A DNA stretch of 20,000 bases from Chiloscyllium plagiosum (taxonomy: Eukaryota). The stretch lies in assembly GCF_004010195.1 (NCBI RefSeq), contig NC_057753.1, positions 7,922,809 through 7,942,808 on the forward strand, given 5' to 3'. The notes below the pieces were generated by a model. The model was not told the origin of the DNA, did no database searches, and saw nothing but the letters and a program-made list of their open reading frames with translations. Position 1 is the first letter of the stretch, and each line of letters starts with the position of its first letter. The translations under genes and the position numbers were made by a program. Positions 19,765 through 20,000 of the stretch are shown in pieces.

Positions 19765-20000
19765 TCTGTTCACGTCCCTGCTGATAACACTTGCAGGAAG
19801 TGCACCCATCTCCAGCTCCTCAAAGACCGCGTTAGGGAACTGGAGCTGGAGTTGGATGAACTTAGGATCATTCGGGAGGCAGAGGGGGTCATAGATCGGA
19901 GCTTTAGGGAAGTAGTAACTCCAAAGATGGCAGATAGATGGGTGACAGTGAGGGGGACTGGGAGGAAGCAGCCAGTGCAGGGACCCCCTGCGGCCGTGCC
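19765..20000 (+). mobile_element. 5' part of a young CR1-clade LINE (ORF1 zinc-finger/leucine-zipper region), running off the window
   Basis: Open frame to the window end: SVHVPADNTCRKCTHLQLLKDRVRELELELDELRIIREAEGVIDRSFREVVTP...RWVTVRG. The CxxC, heptad leucines and WVTV are typical of CR1 ORF1. GC-rich with CpGs retained. Confidence 0.85.

Overview
Eukaryotic, repeat-saturated DNA with no recognisable host protein-coding gene, RNA gene or CRISPR array. The repeat families resemble those I recall from cartilaginous fish (shark): CR1/HER1-type LINEs with (TTCTATG)n or (TATGACTC)n tails, Penelope-like elements (PLEs) and a tRNA-type SINE. That taxon call is inference. About 13 CR1-clade LINE copies of different ages tile most of the window. 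The centre is an old, near-full-length + strand CR1 (~4740-11098: ORF1 esterase end, APE endonuclease, RT, 3' tail) interrupted by four nested insertions: a PLE GIY-YIG fragment with a 16-bp TSD, a TG...CA LTR-like element, a CR1 3' end, and a young antisense CR1 that provides the 431-aa RT ORF. The most interesting non-coding signal is a set of minimal hammerhead-ribozyme cores in the PLE-derived repeats, two of them in inverted or palindromic arrangements. I found no convincing novel multi-gene system. A few short non-repeat islands (possible promoter, possible small exon) remain unexplained. Boundaries of old copies are approximate (tens of bp).
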